This document shows, piece by piece, positions 40,527 to 50,394 of a DNA stretch of 64,000 nucleotides. How positions within the stretch are numbered: the first letter of the stretch is position 1; every line of letters begins with the position of its first letter. The DNA lies in assembly GCA_963850305.1 (NCBI GenBank), contig CAWKKR010000004.1, forward strand, positions 320,001-384,000, written 5' to 3'. The notes under the pieces were generated by a model. It saw nothing but the letters and a program-made list of their open reading frames with translations. It had not been told where the DNA came from and did no database searches. Source of the DNA: an uncultured delta proteobacterium. GTDB taxonomy: Bacteria; Myxococcota_A; Polyangia; Polyangiales; Polyangiaceae. A program made the position numbers and the translations under genes.

Positions 40527-41981
40527 TCAGTTGCACGCCGACTGAAACGGGAACACCGTCGCGCAACCGCAGATGCCGTCGGCCTTGCAGCACGGGGCGT
40601 CGGTGGGGAACAGACACGGCGAACATTGGTTCGGGGAGCACGCGGCCGCGACGCACTTGTTTGCCGTGCAAACGTTGGATTGACAGTCTCCGTTCACCTT
40701 GCACGCTTGCTGGACCGCGCACTGGGGGCACGTGGTACCACCGCAGTCGACGTCCGTTTCGTTGCCGTTTTTCTGGCCGTCGCTGCACTCCGCAGGGCGG
40801 CAGGTCTTGTCCCGGGTCCCGGGGAAGCAGAGGAGGCCGTCACACTCGGCCTCGCAGACGCTGTCCGCGCAGTCCGTCCCGATGGAGCAGCCCTCGCCGT
40901 CGGCGCACTTCTTCGGGCATGAGCCGCCGCAATCCACGTCGGTCTCATCGCCGTTCTTCTTGCCGTCGCTACACGTCGCGGGCGGAGGCAGCCCGCCGTC
41001 GGGGAGGCGCGGGATCTCGCACGAGGCCGTCGTACCGCTCTTCACGCACTGCTTGCCGCCCGTACACGGCACCGGTGCCCCGATACCACTGCCGTTCGCA
41101 GTGCAGAGGACCACCGCGTTGCCAACGCAAGACCCGACACCCTGCGCGCAGACGTCCTTCACGCACGAGCCCGCGTTGCAGTACTGGAGAGAGTCGCACT
41201 GCGAGTCGCTCGTGCAGTCCACGCACGCGCCGAGGGTGCGATTGCAGAGCTGATTGCCGGCCACACAAGCGTTGTCCGACGCGCACGGCGTCCGGCAAGT
41301 TCCGGAGAAGCACTGCTCCCCACCGGTGCAGTCCGTGTCGTGCGCGCACTGCACGCACTTCCCGGCGGCGCTACAGACCTGGCCCGAGCTGCATTGCGCA
41401 CCGGCGTCCGCGCCCGCATCGCCCGGCGTGCACGTTCCCGAGTTCACGCAGGTGTCGCCCGCGCAGACCTGGTGAGCCGGACAATCCGCGTTGGCGGCAC
41501 ACTGCACGCAGACCCCCGTGCTGGAGTCGCAGATCGTCTCGCCCGAGCCGTTGCCGCGACAGTCGCGACTCGTCGAGCACTTCTCGGGTGGCGTGCAGAC
41601 TCCTGCGACGCACCGGTCGTTTCCGCTGCACTCGTTGTCGAACAGGCAATCGACGCAACGGTCGGTCGTGCTGTCGCAGCGGGTCCCCGACGCGCAGCCG
41701 CCGTCCACGGCGCAGGCCGGAAGCGACCCGGCATCGCCGCCACTTCCGCCGGGACCCACCCCCGCCGTGCCGCCGCTGCCGACCGATGCGCCCGTTCCTG
41801 AGCCGCCGGAAGCGGCGATCACGCCACCCGCGCCGCCGCTCGCCGCACTCGCGTCGGGCCCGCCGTCACGAGTTTCGTTCCCGAAGTTGCCGGAGCTGCT
41901 CGAACTCGAACAGCCCGCTGCAACGCCGAGACCTACCGAGCACAGCGCAACCCAGCATCCCACTCTGAACGAAAGCGTCAT
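40527..41981 (-). CDS. Cys-rich repeat lipoprotein
   Basis: Lipobox AAGC; four CV(D/Q)C-x2-(D/N)-x2-C repeats; two CSDG-x-KNG-x-ETDVDCGG repeats. Confidence 0.8.
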   Translation of the reverse strand: MTLSFRVGCWVALCSVGLGVAAGCSSSSSSGNFGNETRDGGPDASAASGGAGGVIAASGGSGTGASVGSGGTAGVGPGGSGGDAGSLPACAVDGGCASGTRCDSTTDRCVDCLFDNECSGNDRCVAGVCTPPEKCSTSRDCRGNGSGETICDSSTGVCVQCAANADCPAHQVCAGDTCVNSGTCTPGDAGADAGAQCSSGQVCSAAGKCVQCAHDTDCTGGEQCFSGTCRTPCASDNACVAGNQLCNRTLGACVDCTSDSQCDSLQYCNAGSCVKDVCAQGVGSCVGNAVVLCTANGSGIGAPVPCTGGKQCVKSGTTASCEIPRLPDGGLPPPATCSDGKKNGDETDVDCGGSCPKKCADGEGCSIGTDCADSVCEAECDGLLCFPGTRDKTCRPAECSDGQKNGNETDVDCGGTTCPQCAVQQACKVNGDCQSNVCTANKCVAAACSPNQCSPCLFPTDAPCCKADGICGCATVFPFQSACN

Positions 41982-42099
41982 GACATGGACCGTAGCGTGC
42001 AATGCGAGTTGCCAGAAGTGTGCAAAGCGTGCGCAACCGACCAGTGCTCATGTCGCGACGCGGTTCGACGCGGCGACGAGACGCAACGCGTGATCCCGT

Positions 42100-42474
42100 T
42101 CAATCGCAGGAAACCGCGACTTTACCGTTCGGCACGGGGAGGTTGCTCAGGCAATAGGTGCCCGACTTCTTGGTGCACGCGCAAGCGCAAGCGCTGAGCT
42201 TGTCGTCGTAGCAGCGTCCGTCGTAGACGAAGTTGCACGCGGCGCTGGGCTCGGAGGCCGGCAGGAACCCGAGCTTGCACGCCGACAGAGCGACCGAAGT
42301 CGGCGAGCCCCCCGACGGGGCCCCGCTACCCGGCAGGCTATCGCTGGAGGAGCCGCCGCTCGAAGCGGACGCGCCGCCGGCGTCGCCAGGGCTCGCCGGA
42401 CCGTTCTCGACGACGCCGCCGCACGCGACCAATAACGTCGTCGCGACGAACCACGCGCTCTTGGAAGGACCCAT
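42100..42474 (-). CDS. Small Cys-rich lipoprotein
   Basis: AGGAGG RBS; lipobox LVAC; CNFVYDGRCYDDKLSACACAC. Confidence 0.7.
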   Translation of the reverse strand: MGPSKSAWFVATTLLVACGGVVENGPASPGDAGGASASSGGSSSDSLPGSGAPSGGSPTSVALSACKLGFLPASEPSAACNFVYDGRCYDDKLSACACACTKKSGTYCLSNLPVPNGKVAVSCD

Positions 42475-42603
42475 CCTCCTTGAGTGTCGCATCCGTTCCC
42501 ATCCGGCTCAAGGTGCCCGAGCGCCGCACGAAAGCTCGAGTCCCCGGCAGGCGGATTCGTTGCGCGGGCCCCCCTTCGAGGTACGCTCGCGCCCGGACGT
42601 CGC

Positions 42604-43078
42604 ATGGAGAACTACATGACCCCCGCAGGGGCCAAGCGTCTGGCGGACGAGCTGCGGCGCCTAGTCGAAGTGGAGCGTCCGAGAGTCGTCCAGGAAGTGT
42701 CGGACGCGGCTGCGCAGGGCGACCGGAGCGAAAACGCGGAGTACATCTATGGCAAGAAGCGGCTCCGCGAGAATCGACCGGCGCATTCACTTCCTGACGA
42801 AGCGCCTCGACGCGGCCGTCGTGGTCCGGCCAGAGGACGTGCGTCGCGACCAGGTGTTCTTCGGCGCGACGGTCGAAGTCGAAGACGAGGACGGCAAGCG
42901 CGCGGTCTACACGCTCGTCGGCGCGGACGAGTCGGAGCCCGCGCAGGGACGCCTCTCGTGGAAGTCGCCGATCGGCCGCGCGCTCTTGAAAAGGAAAGTC
43001 GGCGACGTGGTGGTCGTGGTCCGACCGGCAGGGGAGCTCGAGCTCGAGATCGTGTCGATCTCCGTGGGCGAGTCGTAG
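42604..43078 (+). CDS. greB: Transcription elongation factor GreB, +1 frameshift at 42771-42775
   Basis: NYMTPAG...AAAQGDRSENAEYIYGKKRLRE | IDRRIHFLTKRL...VFFGATV...SWKSPIGRALL. Deleting one A in GAATC restores the conserved REIDRR. Confidence 0.92.
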
Positions 43079-43175
43079 GCCGAAAAGAACGGTGCCCTCG
43101 CGCGGGGTTACGGTTCGTCCGATTATTGCGTCCCTCGGCTTGCACGGGCCTCGTGAACGCGCTGAAACTACGCCG

Positions 43176-43844
43176 ATGCTCCGCATCGTCCGCGCATGGG
43201 TGGTCCTCGCCGCCGTGATCGTCGCGCTACCCTCGGCTTGCAGCGATTGGCCCGGGCTGAACGACAAAGAACAGAACAACACCAGCGGCGTGCCGGCGTC
43301 GGAGCCGGGCACGTGTTCGGGTTCCCCCCTCCCCTGCAGTGCCCTCGGGACGAACGACTGCGGCTCCACACCCGGGTGCACCGACGACGGCTCGTGCTCG
43401 GGCTACCCGCTGACGATCGGCGAGACCTGCGACGGGCAACCCTCGCCGCAGTCCTGCAACAGCAACCCGGGTTGCTACTGGTCGACGGACTGCACGGGAA
43501 CCCCGTACGGCACCTGCTCGGCCATCACGCAGCAAGCGTGTCTCATCGCGCCGGGTTGCACGTGGACGCCGGCCAACGCCGCGGGCGCGGGTGGCGCCAC
43601 GAGCATCGGAATCACGACGGGGGTCGCGTGCAACACGTACGGTCAGGCGTGCGGCTCGAGCGACGAGTGCGATTGCAACTTCGTGTGTCTGCTCCAGTGC
43701 CCGACGTGCGGACACGTCTGTGGCCACCCCTGCACCACCGACGCGGACTGCACGACGTCCACCGGCTACCTCGGCGTCGCAACGCCGCATTGCTCGCCCG
43801 GCGCGAATCTCGGACCCCCTTACACGGGCGTCTGCACGACGTAG
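43176..43844 (+). CDS. Cys-rich repeat lipoprotein
   Basis: Lipobox PSAC; three C-x-G-x-P...C...C-x3-PGC repeats. Confidence 0.7.
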   Translation: MLRIVRAWVVLAAVIVALPSACSDWPGLNDKEQNNTSGVPASEPGTCSGSPLPCSALGTNDCGSTPGCTDDGSCSGYPLTIGETCDGQPSPQSCNSNPGCYWSTDCTGTPYGTCSAITQQACLIAPGCTWTPANAAGAGGATSIGITTGVACNTYGQACGSSDECDCNFVCLLQCPTCGHVCGHPCTTDADCTTSTGYLGVATPHCSPGANLGPPYTGVCTT

Positions 43845-43920
43845 CGCGCCTCGCGGAGGACCACCTCGGCGCTTCGTGGGTGTGTCGAACGGGGGGCGGT
43901 TGGGGTATTAGGCGACGCTG

Positions 43921-44871
43921 ATGCTTCGCTTTACTTCCGTGGGTCTTCTTTGTGTGGTCGGCTGCGGAGGGAGCGCGAAGGTGACGGCGCCTCCGGAGGC
44001 TCCGGCTGCGGAATCGACGGTGACGTCTCGGCCCGCCCTCGAGACTGCTCCGACGATTGCGCCGGTGGATGATTCGGAGTCGATACCGGAGTCGATGGTG
44101 CAGGTGTCGCTCGAGCCGCTGGTCACGGGGATTCACCCCGGCGGGCACTTCGCCATCGCCGCTCACTTCCGGATCGCGAAGGGGTATCGCATCGGGTGGA
44201 AGTTCCCGGGCGAGGTCGGGTCCGCGACGACGGTGACTTTCCACGCTCCACCCGGCTTCGAGGTAGGACCCTCGGAGTTCCCTGCACCGGAGCGGTATAC
44301 GGCCCAAGGCAACTACGTCGGGTTCGGCTACGAGAACGAGACGGCGGTGTTCGCCGAGATCACCGCCAAGCGCGGCCTCCGGAGCGATGAGGTGAGTCGT
44401 TTCGACATGGACGCCAGCTGGGTCGCCTGCAGGAAGGAGTGCGCGAGCGAGCGTACGTCGGCCTTCGTGGAGCTCGCGACGACCTACGGCGCGGCGCGCG
44501 CCGCAGATGTCGAGAAATCGCTGGCTCCCTTTCGCGCGCGCGTGCCTGCACCCTTCGCGAGCTCGAAAGAGGGGACCCAGGAATGGAGCGTGGGTGATCG
44601 CGACGCGACGCTGGTCGCCAGGCTTCCCGGCGCGACGGTACGGGACTTCTTCCCGGACGGCACGGCCCACCCGGAGCCGTCGAAGATCGCACCGGGAGAC
44701 GGCGAGCTTCGCTTCACCTACGACGAAACGCCGAAACCCGGGTCGCGCCCACTCCGCGGCGTGATCGCTGCAAACGAGGCCGGCAGCGACGTCTTCTATG
44801 ACTTCGAAGCCGAACTCCCAGGCGAGAAAAGGCCGGCCTCGCCGCCCGCGGTCGAGAAAAAGCACCGCTAG
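43921..44871 (+). CDS. Lipoprotein with a DsbD N-terminal-like domain
   Basis: Lipobox VVGC; FRIAKGYRIGWKFPGEVG, FPAPER, GYENE, SWVACRKEC. Confidence 0.7.
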   Translation: MLRFTSVGLLCVVGCGGSAKVTAPPEAPAAESTVTSRPALETAPTIAPVDDSESIPESMVQVSLEPLVTGIHPGGHFAIAAHFRIAKGYRIGWKFPGEVGSATTVTFHAPPGFEVGPSEFPAPERYTAQGNYVGFGYENETAVFAEITAKRGLRSDEVSRFDMDASWVACRKECASERTSAFVELATTYGAARAADVEKSLAPFRARVPAPFASSKEGTQEWSVGDRDATLVARLPGATVRDFFPDGTAHPEPSKIAPGDGELRFTYDETPKPGSRPLRGVIAANEAGSDVFYDFEAELPGEKRPASPPAVEKKHR

Positions 44872-44928
44872 ACCGAGCGAGGACCGAGCGTCGCCCGGCC
44901 GCGCCCGCTAGACTGCTGGTGAGCATAC

Positions 44929-45564
44929 GTGTTCGTCACGTTGATGGTCATCGGGTTGGTCGGTCTCGCGGCGATGGCGCTTCCCGCCATGGGAAAGCAC
45001 CACGGCGCGCTCTTCGGTCGCGGAGCGCACCACGCGGCGCCGGGGCCGGGTCTGCGCGCGGTCCGCGGGCTCGCGCCACACAGGGCCGGCGCCGCACGTG
45101 CGCGGTCGGAGCTCGTCCCCGCGGACGCGGGGGAAGGAAGCCTCCTGCGCTTCGTTCCTTCCCCGCGAGCGATCTTCAGCGTGCTCGCCCTCTTCGGCGC
45201 GTTCGGCAATGCCGGGGTCAAGGCGTTTCATCTGCCGGGACCGATCGCAGCACCCCTGGCGCTGGTGCCGGCGCTCCTCGTCGAGTGGGTGTTGGTGAGA
45301 CCGCTCTGGAACATGCTATTCCGCCTTCACGCGGATCCGAGCTCCCCACTCGATCAGCTCGTCCTGGCCGAGGCGCGCGCCGAGGTCCCCTTTCGCAACG
45401 GCAAGGGCATCGTCTCCACGGTGCACGACGGCAGGCGCGTGCAGCTCGCAGCCGAGCTGCGGAAGGACCAGGAGACCCTCGCAGTGCGGGTCGGCGACCG
45501 CCTGATCATCGAGGCGGTCGACCGCGCACGCGAACGCGTCACGGTGTCCATTGCCTGGAATTGA
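44929..45564 (+). CDS. NfeD-like membrane protein (flotillin partner)
   Basis: TM helices plus a C-terminal OB-fold-like segment (GKGIV...VRVGDRLIIEAVD); upstream of the SPFH gene. Confidence 0.65.
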   Translation: MFVTLMVIGLVGLAAMALPAMGKHHGALFGRGAHHAAPGPGLRAVRGLAPHRAGAARARSELVPADAGEGSLLRFVPSPRAIFSVLALFGAFGNAGVKAFHLPGPIAAPLALVPALLVEWVLVRPLWNMLFRLHADPSSPLDQLVLAEARAEVPFRNGKGIVSTVHDGRRVQLAAELRKDQETLAVRVGDRLIIEAVDRARERVTVSIAWN

Positions 45565-45627
45565 CCTTCCCGGAGATGCCGCGACGACGCGGTAGCTAGT
45601 CTCGACGGGTAGGAGTAGAGCGGGGGC

Positions 45628-46932
45628 ATGATTGAACCTTCGCTGATCATCGCGGGCGCGGTCGTCGTCATCGTCCTCGTACTGACGTCGCTCATCATCA
45701 CGACGTTCCTCAGGAGCGTGGACGCGGGCGAGATCCTTCTCGCGAGCCGTGGTCGCAATCTGAAGATCTACCGCGGCCCGAGCAAGGCGCTCATCGTGCC
45801 GGTGATCACGCAGGTCCGCTTCATCCCGGCACAGGCCATCAACGTCGACATCGAGATCACCGACCAGACCGCCGACATCGACGGCTCGGGGCGCTCGGCC
45901 CCCGTCAAGGTCACGGTGCGCGCATCGGCCATCGTCAGCGTGGGCGAGGACGAGGCGATGGTGAATACCGCCGCCAACAAGTTCTTCTCCAAGTCGGGCG
46001 GAGAGCAACTGTCGACCTTGACGGACGTGCTGTCGTCCGCGGGCCGGCGAGCCATCAATCTGCTCAAGCACGATCAGCTCTTCAACGCCCGCTCCGGCGC
46101 CGCGGCGCCGACTCCCACGCTCGCGACGACGGGGCGTGCCGATCTCACCGTGCCCCGGGGCGAAGACGACGAGCTCGCGGTGATCATCAAGGATGCCTGT
46201 TCACGCGAGCTGATGGACCTCGGGCTGTCCTTCAACAGCCTCAACATCAAGGCCGTGCTCAGCGAGGTCGCCGAAGCGCGGAGGCGCGAATCCGCAGCGC
46301 GCGCCAAAGCCGATGCGGACGTCGTGCAAGCGCAGGAGGAACAGCGCGCCCGCATCGCGCAGCTCGAAGCTGCTCAGAAGATCAATGACCAGGAGAAGGC
46401 GCTGAACATGCAGATCGCCTCCAACGGGGCGTCGATTGCCCGCGCCGAAGCCGAAAAGCAGGCCGCGGTGCGCCAGAAGCGCGAGGCCGAGCTCGGCGCC
46501 AACCAGATCACCCAGGCGCGTGCGGACGCCGAGCAGAACGTCATCCAGCAAGAGGCGGAGGGCCGCGCGCAGGCCGCCCGCATTCGAGCGATCGCCCAGG
46601 CCGAAGCCGAGGCGATTCGGATGAAAGCAGTGGCGCTGGCCGAGGCCGGCGGCGTGTATCTCGACCTGAAGAAGCTCGAGCTGGCTCCGGAGCTCACGGC
46701 GCAGATCGCCGCCGCGCTCTCGAGCAGCCAGTTCGTCAACTTCGGCACGACGGGCGGCGCTGGCGGCGACCACGGAGCCGTCAGCTCCGGCACCGACGAC
46801 GTGCTGCGCGTCGTCCAGACGCTGATGGCCGCAAAGGTCATCACGGGCACGGGACTCGGCGGCAACAACGACGCGCCGCAGCCGGCTACGCCGGCCGCAA
46901 ACCCCCCTGCACCTCCAGCCCGACGCGGCTGA
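45628..46932 (+). CDS. Flotillin/SPFH domain protein
   Basis: N-terminal TM, SPFH-like domain, A/E/Q-rich flotillin coiled coil (AQAEAEAIRMKA). Confidence 0.8.
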   Translation: MIEPSLIIAGAVVVIVLVLTSLIITTFLRSVDAGEILLASRGRNLKIYRGPSKALIVPVITQVRFIPAQAINVDIEITDQTADIDGSGRSAPVKVTVRASAIVSVGEDEAMVNTAANKFFSKSGGEQLSTLTDVLSSAGRRAINLLKHDQLFNARSGAAAPTPTLATTGRADLTVPRGEDDELAVIIKDACSRELMDLGLSFNSLNIKAVLSEVAEARRRESAARAKADADVVQAQEEQRARIAQLEAAQKINDQEKALNMQIASNGASIARAEAEKQAAVRQKREAELGANQITQARADAEQNVIQQEAEGRAQAARIRAIAQAEAEAIRMKAVALAEAGGVYLDLKKLELAPELTAQIAAALSSSQFVNFGTTGGAGGDHGAVSSGTDDVLRVVQTLMAAKVITGTGLGGNNDAPQPATPAANPPAPPARRG

Positions 46933-48780
46933 TCAATCCCCGAAGAGCTCCATGCCCTCGGCGAGGACCTCGGCCATGTGCGCCTTGGTTATGACGCCGA
47001 GGATCTCGGGGGTTTCCGGGGGCCCGGTCGACGGCTCTCCGACGACGACGGCGAGCCGCGCGCCGGCGGCGGCCATCTGGATCAACACCTCCGCCACCGT
47101 GTCTTCCGCGGACACCGTCACGAAGTCGCTCCGCGCGACGTCGGCGGCCAGACGCGCCGCCCGAATTGCGTCGAGGTGCTCGAAGCTCCAATCGCGCGGA
47201 ATGATTCCTTTGACGTCCCCCGGTCCGACCAGAACGAAACAGCTCGGGGCGTCCGGGTCCGACCCGAACACGATCTGCGACGCGGGCGCGTCGGGGCCGA
47301 GAACGACGGCGCGTTCGAGGACCATATCGGACACATGATGCACGAGCCCGGCATTCGCCTGAAGCGCCTGGGGGGCGTAATGGCCACGACGGGTCAGCTT
47401 CATCGTGTAGATGCTGTCGGCCCAGAGCGCGCGGCGCAGGCCGTAGGCCAGCGCGACCGTCAACGTCATGGGGAGCACCACGGAGTAGTCGCGCGTCATC
47501 TCGAAAATCATGACGATCGACGTGAGCGCAGCACCCGTCGCGCCCGCCACGACACCAGCCATGCCTGCGAGCGCGAAGGCCGCCGGATCGATGTCGAGCT
47601 GGGGGATCAGCGCGTGAACGGCGAGGCCGAAGGCGCCGCCGATGGTCGCTCCCATGAAGAGCGACGGCGAAAAGACTCCACCGGACGCACCGGAGCCGAG
47701 CGTGAGACACGTCACGAGTAGCTTCAGCGCGAACAAGCAGAGAAGAAACGGTACGCTCGATATGGCCCCGGAAAGGACGTCGAGGATCGTCGCATAGCCG
47801 ACCCCTTGAACGTAATAGTGACCGGCGAAGTGCATCAGCGCGACGGCGACGATGCCGACGCCGAGCATGCCCGCGAAGTGACGCAGGTAAGGCCTGCCCG
47901 GAATCCACTTCTCGAACCCGTCCTCTGCGCCATAAAGGCCTCGTATGAAGAGGACGGACACGGGCGCGAGGATGCAGCCGAGCAGAACGTAGAGCGGGAG
48001 AAGGGTAACCTGAGCCGCGGCCGGTGCCGTCAGCGCGGGGACCTCGAACGCCGGATGGCTGCCGAGGAGGAACTGGCCCACGTACGTCGCGGTGGCGGTG
48101 GCGAGCGCCACGGGAACGAGGGTCCGCACGCTGACCTCGTGCATGAGGACCTCGACGGCAAAGAGGACGCCGCCGATCGGAGTGTTGAACGTCGCAGCGA
48201 TGCCGGCCCCGCCGCCCGCGGCGACGAGCGTGACGAGTTGCCAGCGCGACGCGCCGGCGTATCTGCCGACCGACGACGCGAACGCGGCCCCTATCTGGAT
48301 GATCGGCCCCTCTCGCCCGACCGAGCCTCCGCTGCCGATTGAAATCGCCGACGCGAAGGATTTGACGACCGCCACGACGGGGCGGATGACGCCCTTCTGA
48401 TAATAGATGGCGTCGATGACTTCCGGGACGCCATGGCCCTTCGCTTCCGGGGCGAACTTCTTGACGAGAAAGACGACGGCAAGGGCGGCGAGCGACGGGA
48501 CCAGGACGACGGCGAGCCCCCACGGCGCGGCCGGCGTATGGGCGTTGGCATCGTAGAAAAACGAGAAGCGGCCGAGAAAGAGCAGATTGTGAAAGAACGC
48601 GATCAGCGCCCGAAAGCCGAACGCGCCGCAGCCGGCGACGATACCCAGCGCGACCGCGAGCAGCGCGAACCGAGCGGAGCCAATCCCCTTGCGAGCGGTG
48701 CTCAATCGCTGCGGGGGGCGCGACGAACCCCCCGCAGCACCCACCTTGAGCTGGGTGACGGTCGTGGCCGGTACGGGCAT
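46933..48780 (-). CDS. ClC chloride channel/antiporter with CBS-like C-terminus
   Basis: GHGVPEV, GGSVGREGP, AATFNTPIGG, GGVFSPSL, FEMT, SIYTMKL. Confidence 0.93.
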   Translation of the reverse strand: MPVPATTVTQLKVGAAGGSSRPPQRLSTARKGIGSARFALLAVALGIVAGCGAFGFRALIAFFHNLLFLGRFSFFYDANAHTPAAPWGLAVVLVPSLAALAVVFLVKKFAPEAKGHGVPEVIDAIYYQKGVIRPVVAVVKSFASAISIGSGGSVGREGPIIQIGAAFASSVGRYAGASRWQLVTLVAAGGGAGIAATFNTPIGGVLFAVEVLMHEVSVRTLVPVALATATATYVGQFLLGSHPAFEVPALTAPAAAQVTLLPLYVLLGCILAPVSVLFIRGLYGAEDGFEKWIPGRPYLRHFAGMLGVGIVAVALMHFAGHYYVQGVGYATILDVLSGAISSVPFLLCLFALKLLVTCLTLGSGASGGVFSPSLFMGATIGGAFGLAVHALIPQLDIDPAAFALAGMAGVVAGATGAALTSIVMIFEMTRDYSVVLPMTLTVALAYGLRRALWADSIYTMKLTRRGHYAPQALQANAGLVHHVSDMVLERAVVLGPDAPASQIVFGSDPDAPSCFVLVGPGDVKGIIPRDWSFEHLDAIRAARLAADVARSDFVTVSAEDTVAEVLIQMAAAGARLAVVVGEPSTGPPETPEILGVITKAHMAEVLAEGMELFGD

Positions 48781-48805
48781 CGGGGTCGCGCGCGGAGTGG
48801 GCGCG

Positions 48806-49426
48806 CTAGACGCGGATCAGGAGGCTGTCGCTCGCGTTCGCCTCGACGTTGCGGTCCACGTAGTGATGCGTATGCCGGCGGCCGTGACGCCCGCTGTGCT
48901 CTTCGCACCACAGCTCCTTGCCGCCGCTCGCACGCCTCGCCTCGACGCACTGCGGACATGGGGGAGCGATGGCGGGCACGGCCGTGTCGACCGCGTCCGC
49001 ATGAGGGATGACGAGGATCGGGGTCGAACACAGGCGCACCAGCCGTTCGGCGACCGAGCCCAGGAGGATGCGCTTGACGCCGTTGCGACCGTGGGTACCC
49101 ACGACGACCACTTCCGCGTTGAGGTCCGCCGCGAGCTCGACAATCTCGTTCGCGGGGCGACCGGCGACGATGTGAAGGACAATCGTGCTCATCTTGGACG
49201 CCGGATGGGACTCCATCCAGAACTTCAGCTGATTGCCCACGAACTCGCGCAGCCGTGGATCCTCGTTCTCGCCGACCAGATTGCTATCCGAAACGCGGTC
49301 GGAAGGATCGAGGACGTGCACGGCGTGAAGTTCGCCGGACCGCGCTTCCGCATAGTCGAACGCCCGGAGTAGCGCAGTCGACGAAGGCTCGGAATAGTCG
49401 ACACCGACGAGGATGATGGGGGACAT
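48806..49426 (-). CDS. Universal stress protein with a C-terminal Cys/His motif
   Basis: ILVGVDYS, VVVGTHGRNG...LLGSVAERLVR; tail CPQC...WCEEH...HTHHY; AAGGAG RBS. Confidence 0.88.
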   Translation of the reverse strand: MSPIILVGVDYSEPSSTALLRAFDYAEARSGELHAVHVLDPSDRVSDSNLVGENEDPRLREFVGNQLKFWMESHPASKMSTIVLHIVAGRPANEIVELAADLNAEVVVVGTHGRNGVKRILLGSVAERLVRLCSTPILVIPHADAVDTAVPAIAPPCPQCVEARRASGGKELWCEEHSGRHGRRHTHHYVDRNVEANASDSLLIRV

Positions 49427-49497
49427 GTTGAGATACTCCTTTTAACTTCGAAGTGGGAAGAGGCAGCGCTCGAATCGAGCCCTGCCAGCCGAAAATG

Positions 49498-50319
49498 TCA
49501 GACGAAGAAGTCAGGCGCGAGCTCACCGCCAGGGACGCATGAATATTGCTCCAGGTCCGTGACGCCCGCCGAGCGCAATGTCTCGTCGTCCACGCAGAAG
49601 TTGCCGGAGAACGAGCGGCTCGGGCGGGTCAGGATGACGTACGCCGCGTCGGCCATGATCTCCGGTTTCCTCGATCTCCTCATCGCCTCGTCGCCGCCGA
49701 GGAGATTCTTCACGGCTGCAGTCGCGATGACGGTGCGTGGCCAGAGCGCATTCACGGCGATGCCGTCGCTCTTGAACTCCTCCGCATGCCCGAGGACGCA
49801 CAGGCTCATGCCGTACTTCGCGAGGCTGTAAGCCGTGTGCGGCCCGAACCAGCGCGGTTCCAGGTTGAGCGGCGGCGAGAGCGTGAGCACGTGCGGGTTT
49901 TCCGCGCGCTTCAGGAACGGGTAGCACGCTTGAGTGCACGCATACGTACCGCGCGTGTTGATCTGATGCATGAGATCGAAGCGCTTCATCGGCGTGTCCG
50001 GAGTGCGCGTGAGCTGGATGGCACTCGCGTTGTTCACGAGGATGTCGATGCCGCCGAAGGTCTCGACCGTGCGCTTCACGGCGCTCGCCACCTGGTCCTC
50101 GAAACGAATGTCCGTGACGCACGCCAGTGCCTTGCCCCCTGCCTTTTCGATCTCCTCGCAGGCCGTGTAGACGGTGCCCGGCAGCTTCGGGTGGGGCTCG
50201 GCCGTCTTCGCCACCACGGCGACGTTGGCCCCGTCCTTCGCGGCTCGGAGCGCGATCGCGAGCCCGATGCCGCGACTCGCTCCGGTGATGAAGAGTGTCT
50301 TGCCTTCGAGTGTCGCCAT
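49498..50319 (-). CDS. Short-chain dehydrogenase, HSDL2-like
   Basis: FITGASRGIG, KTAEPHPKLPGT, NNASAI, YSLAKYGMS, NALWPRT. Confidence 0.9.
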   Translation of the reverse strand: MATLEGKTLFITGASRGIGLAIALRAAKDGANVAVVAKTAEPHPKLPGTVYTACEEIEKAGGKALACVTDIRFEDQVASAVKRTVETFGGIDILVNNASAIQLTRTPDTPMKRFDLMHQINTRGTYACTQACYPFLKRAENPHVLTLSPPLNLEPRWFGPHTAYSLAKYGMSLCVLGHAEEFKSDGIAVNALWPRTVIATAAVKNLLGGDEAMRRSRKPEIMADAAYVILTRPSRSFSGNFCVDDETLRSAGVTDLEQYSCVPGGELAPDFFV

Positions 50320-50394
50320 GTGCCGAGGTTCCTCCGGGCGGTGGGTCAGCGGACCAGACCGCGCGGAACCTAACATGGTAGCGTCCGGTCTCGC

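Noticed and set aside
35256..40545. Very long + strand ORFs (999 aa and 864 aa) and similar Arg-rich ORFs across the window
   Set aside because: Antisense shadows of well-supported genes; stop codons are scarce in high-GC DNA
41997..42016. Sigma-54 promoter (TGGCAACTCGCATTGCA, minus strand) for the Cys-rich lipoprotein
   Set aside because: GG-to-GC spacing is 11 nt rather than the required 10
42604..43078. greB, elbD and other split genes as true pseudogenes or programmed frameshifts
   Set aside because: Each break is a single indel with both halves otherwise intact and no slippery heptamer; the shared GAATC context favours sequencing error
44929..46932. NfeD-flotillin pair as a novel system
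   Set aside because: This is a well-known conserved operon
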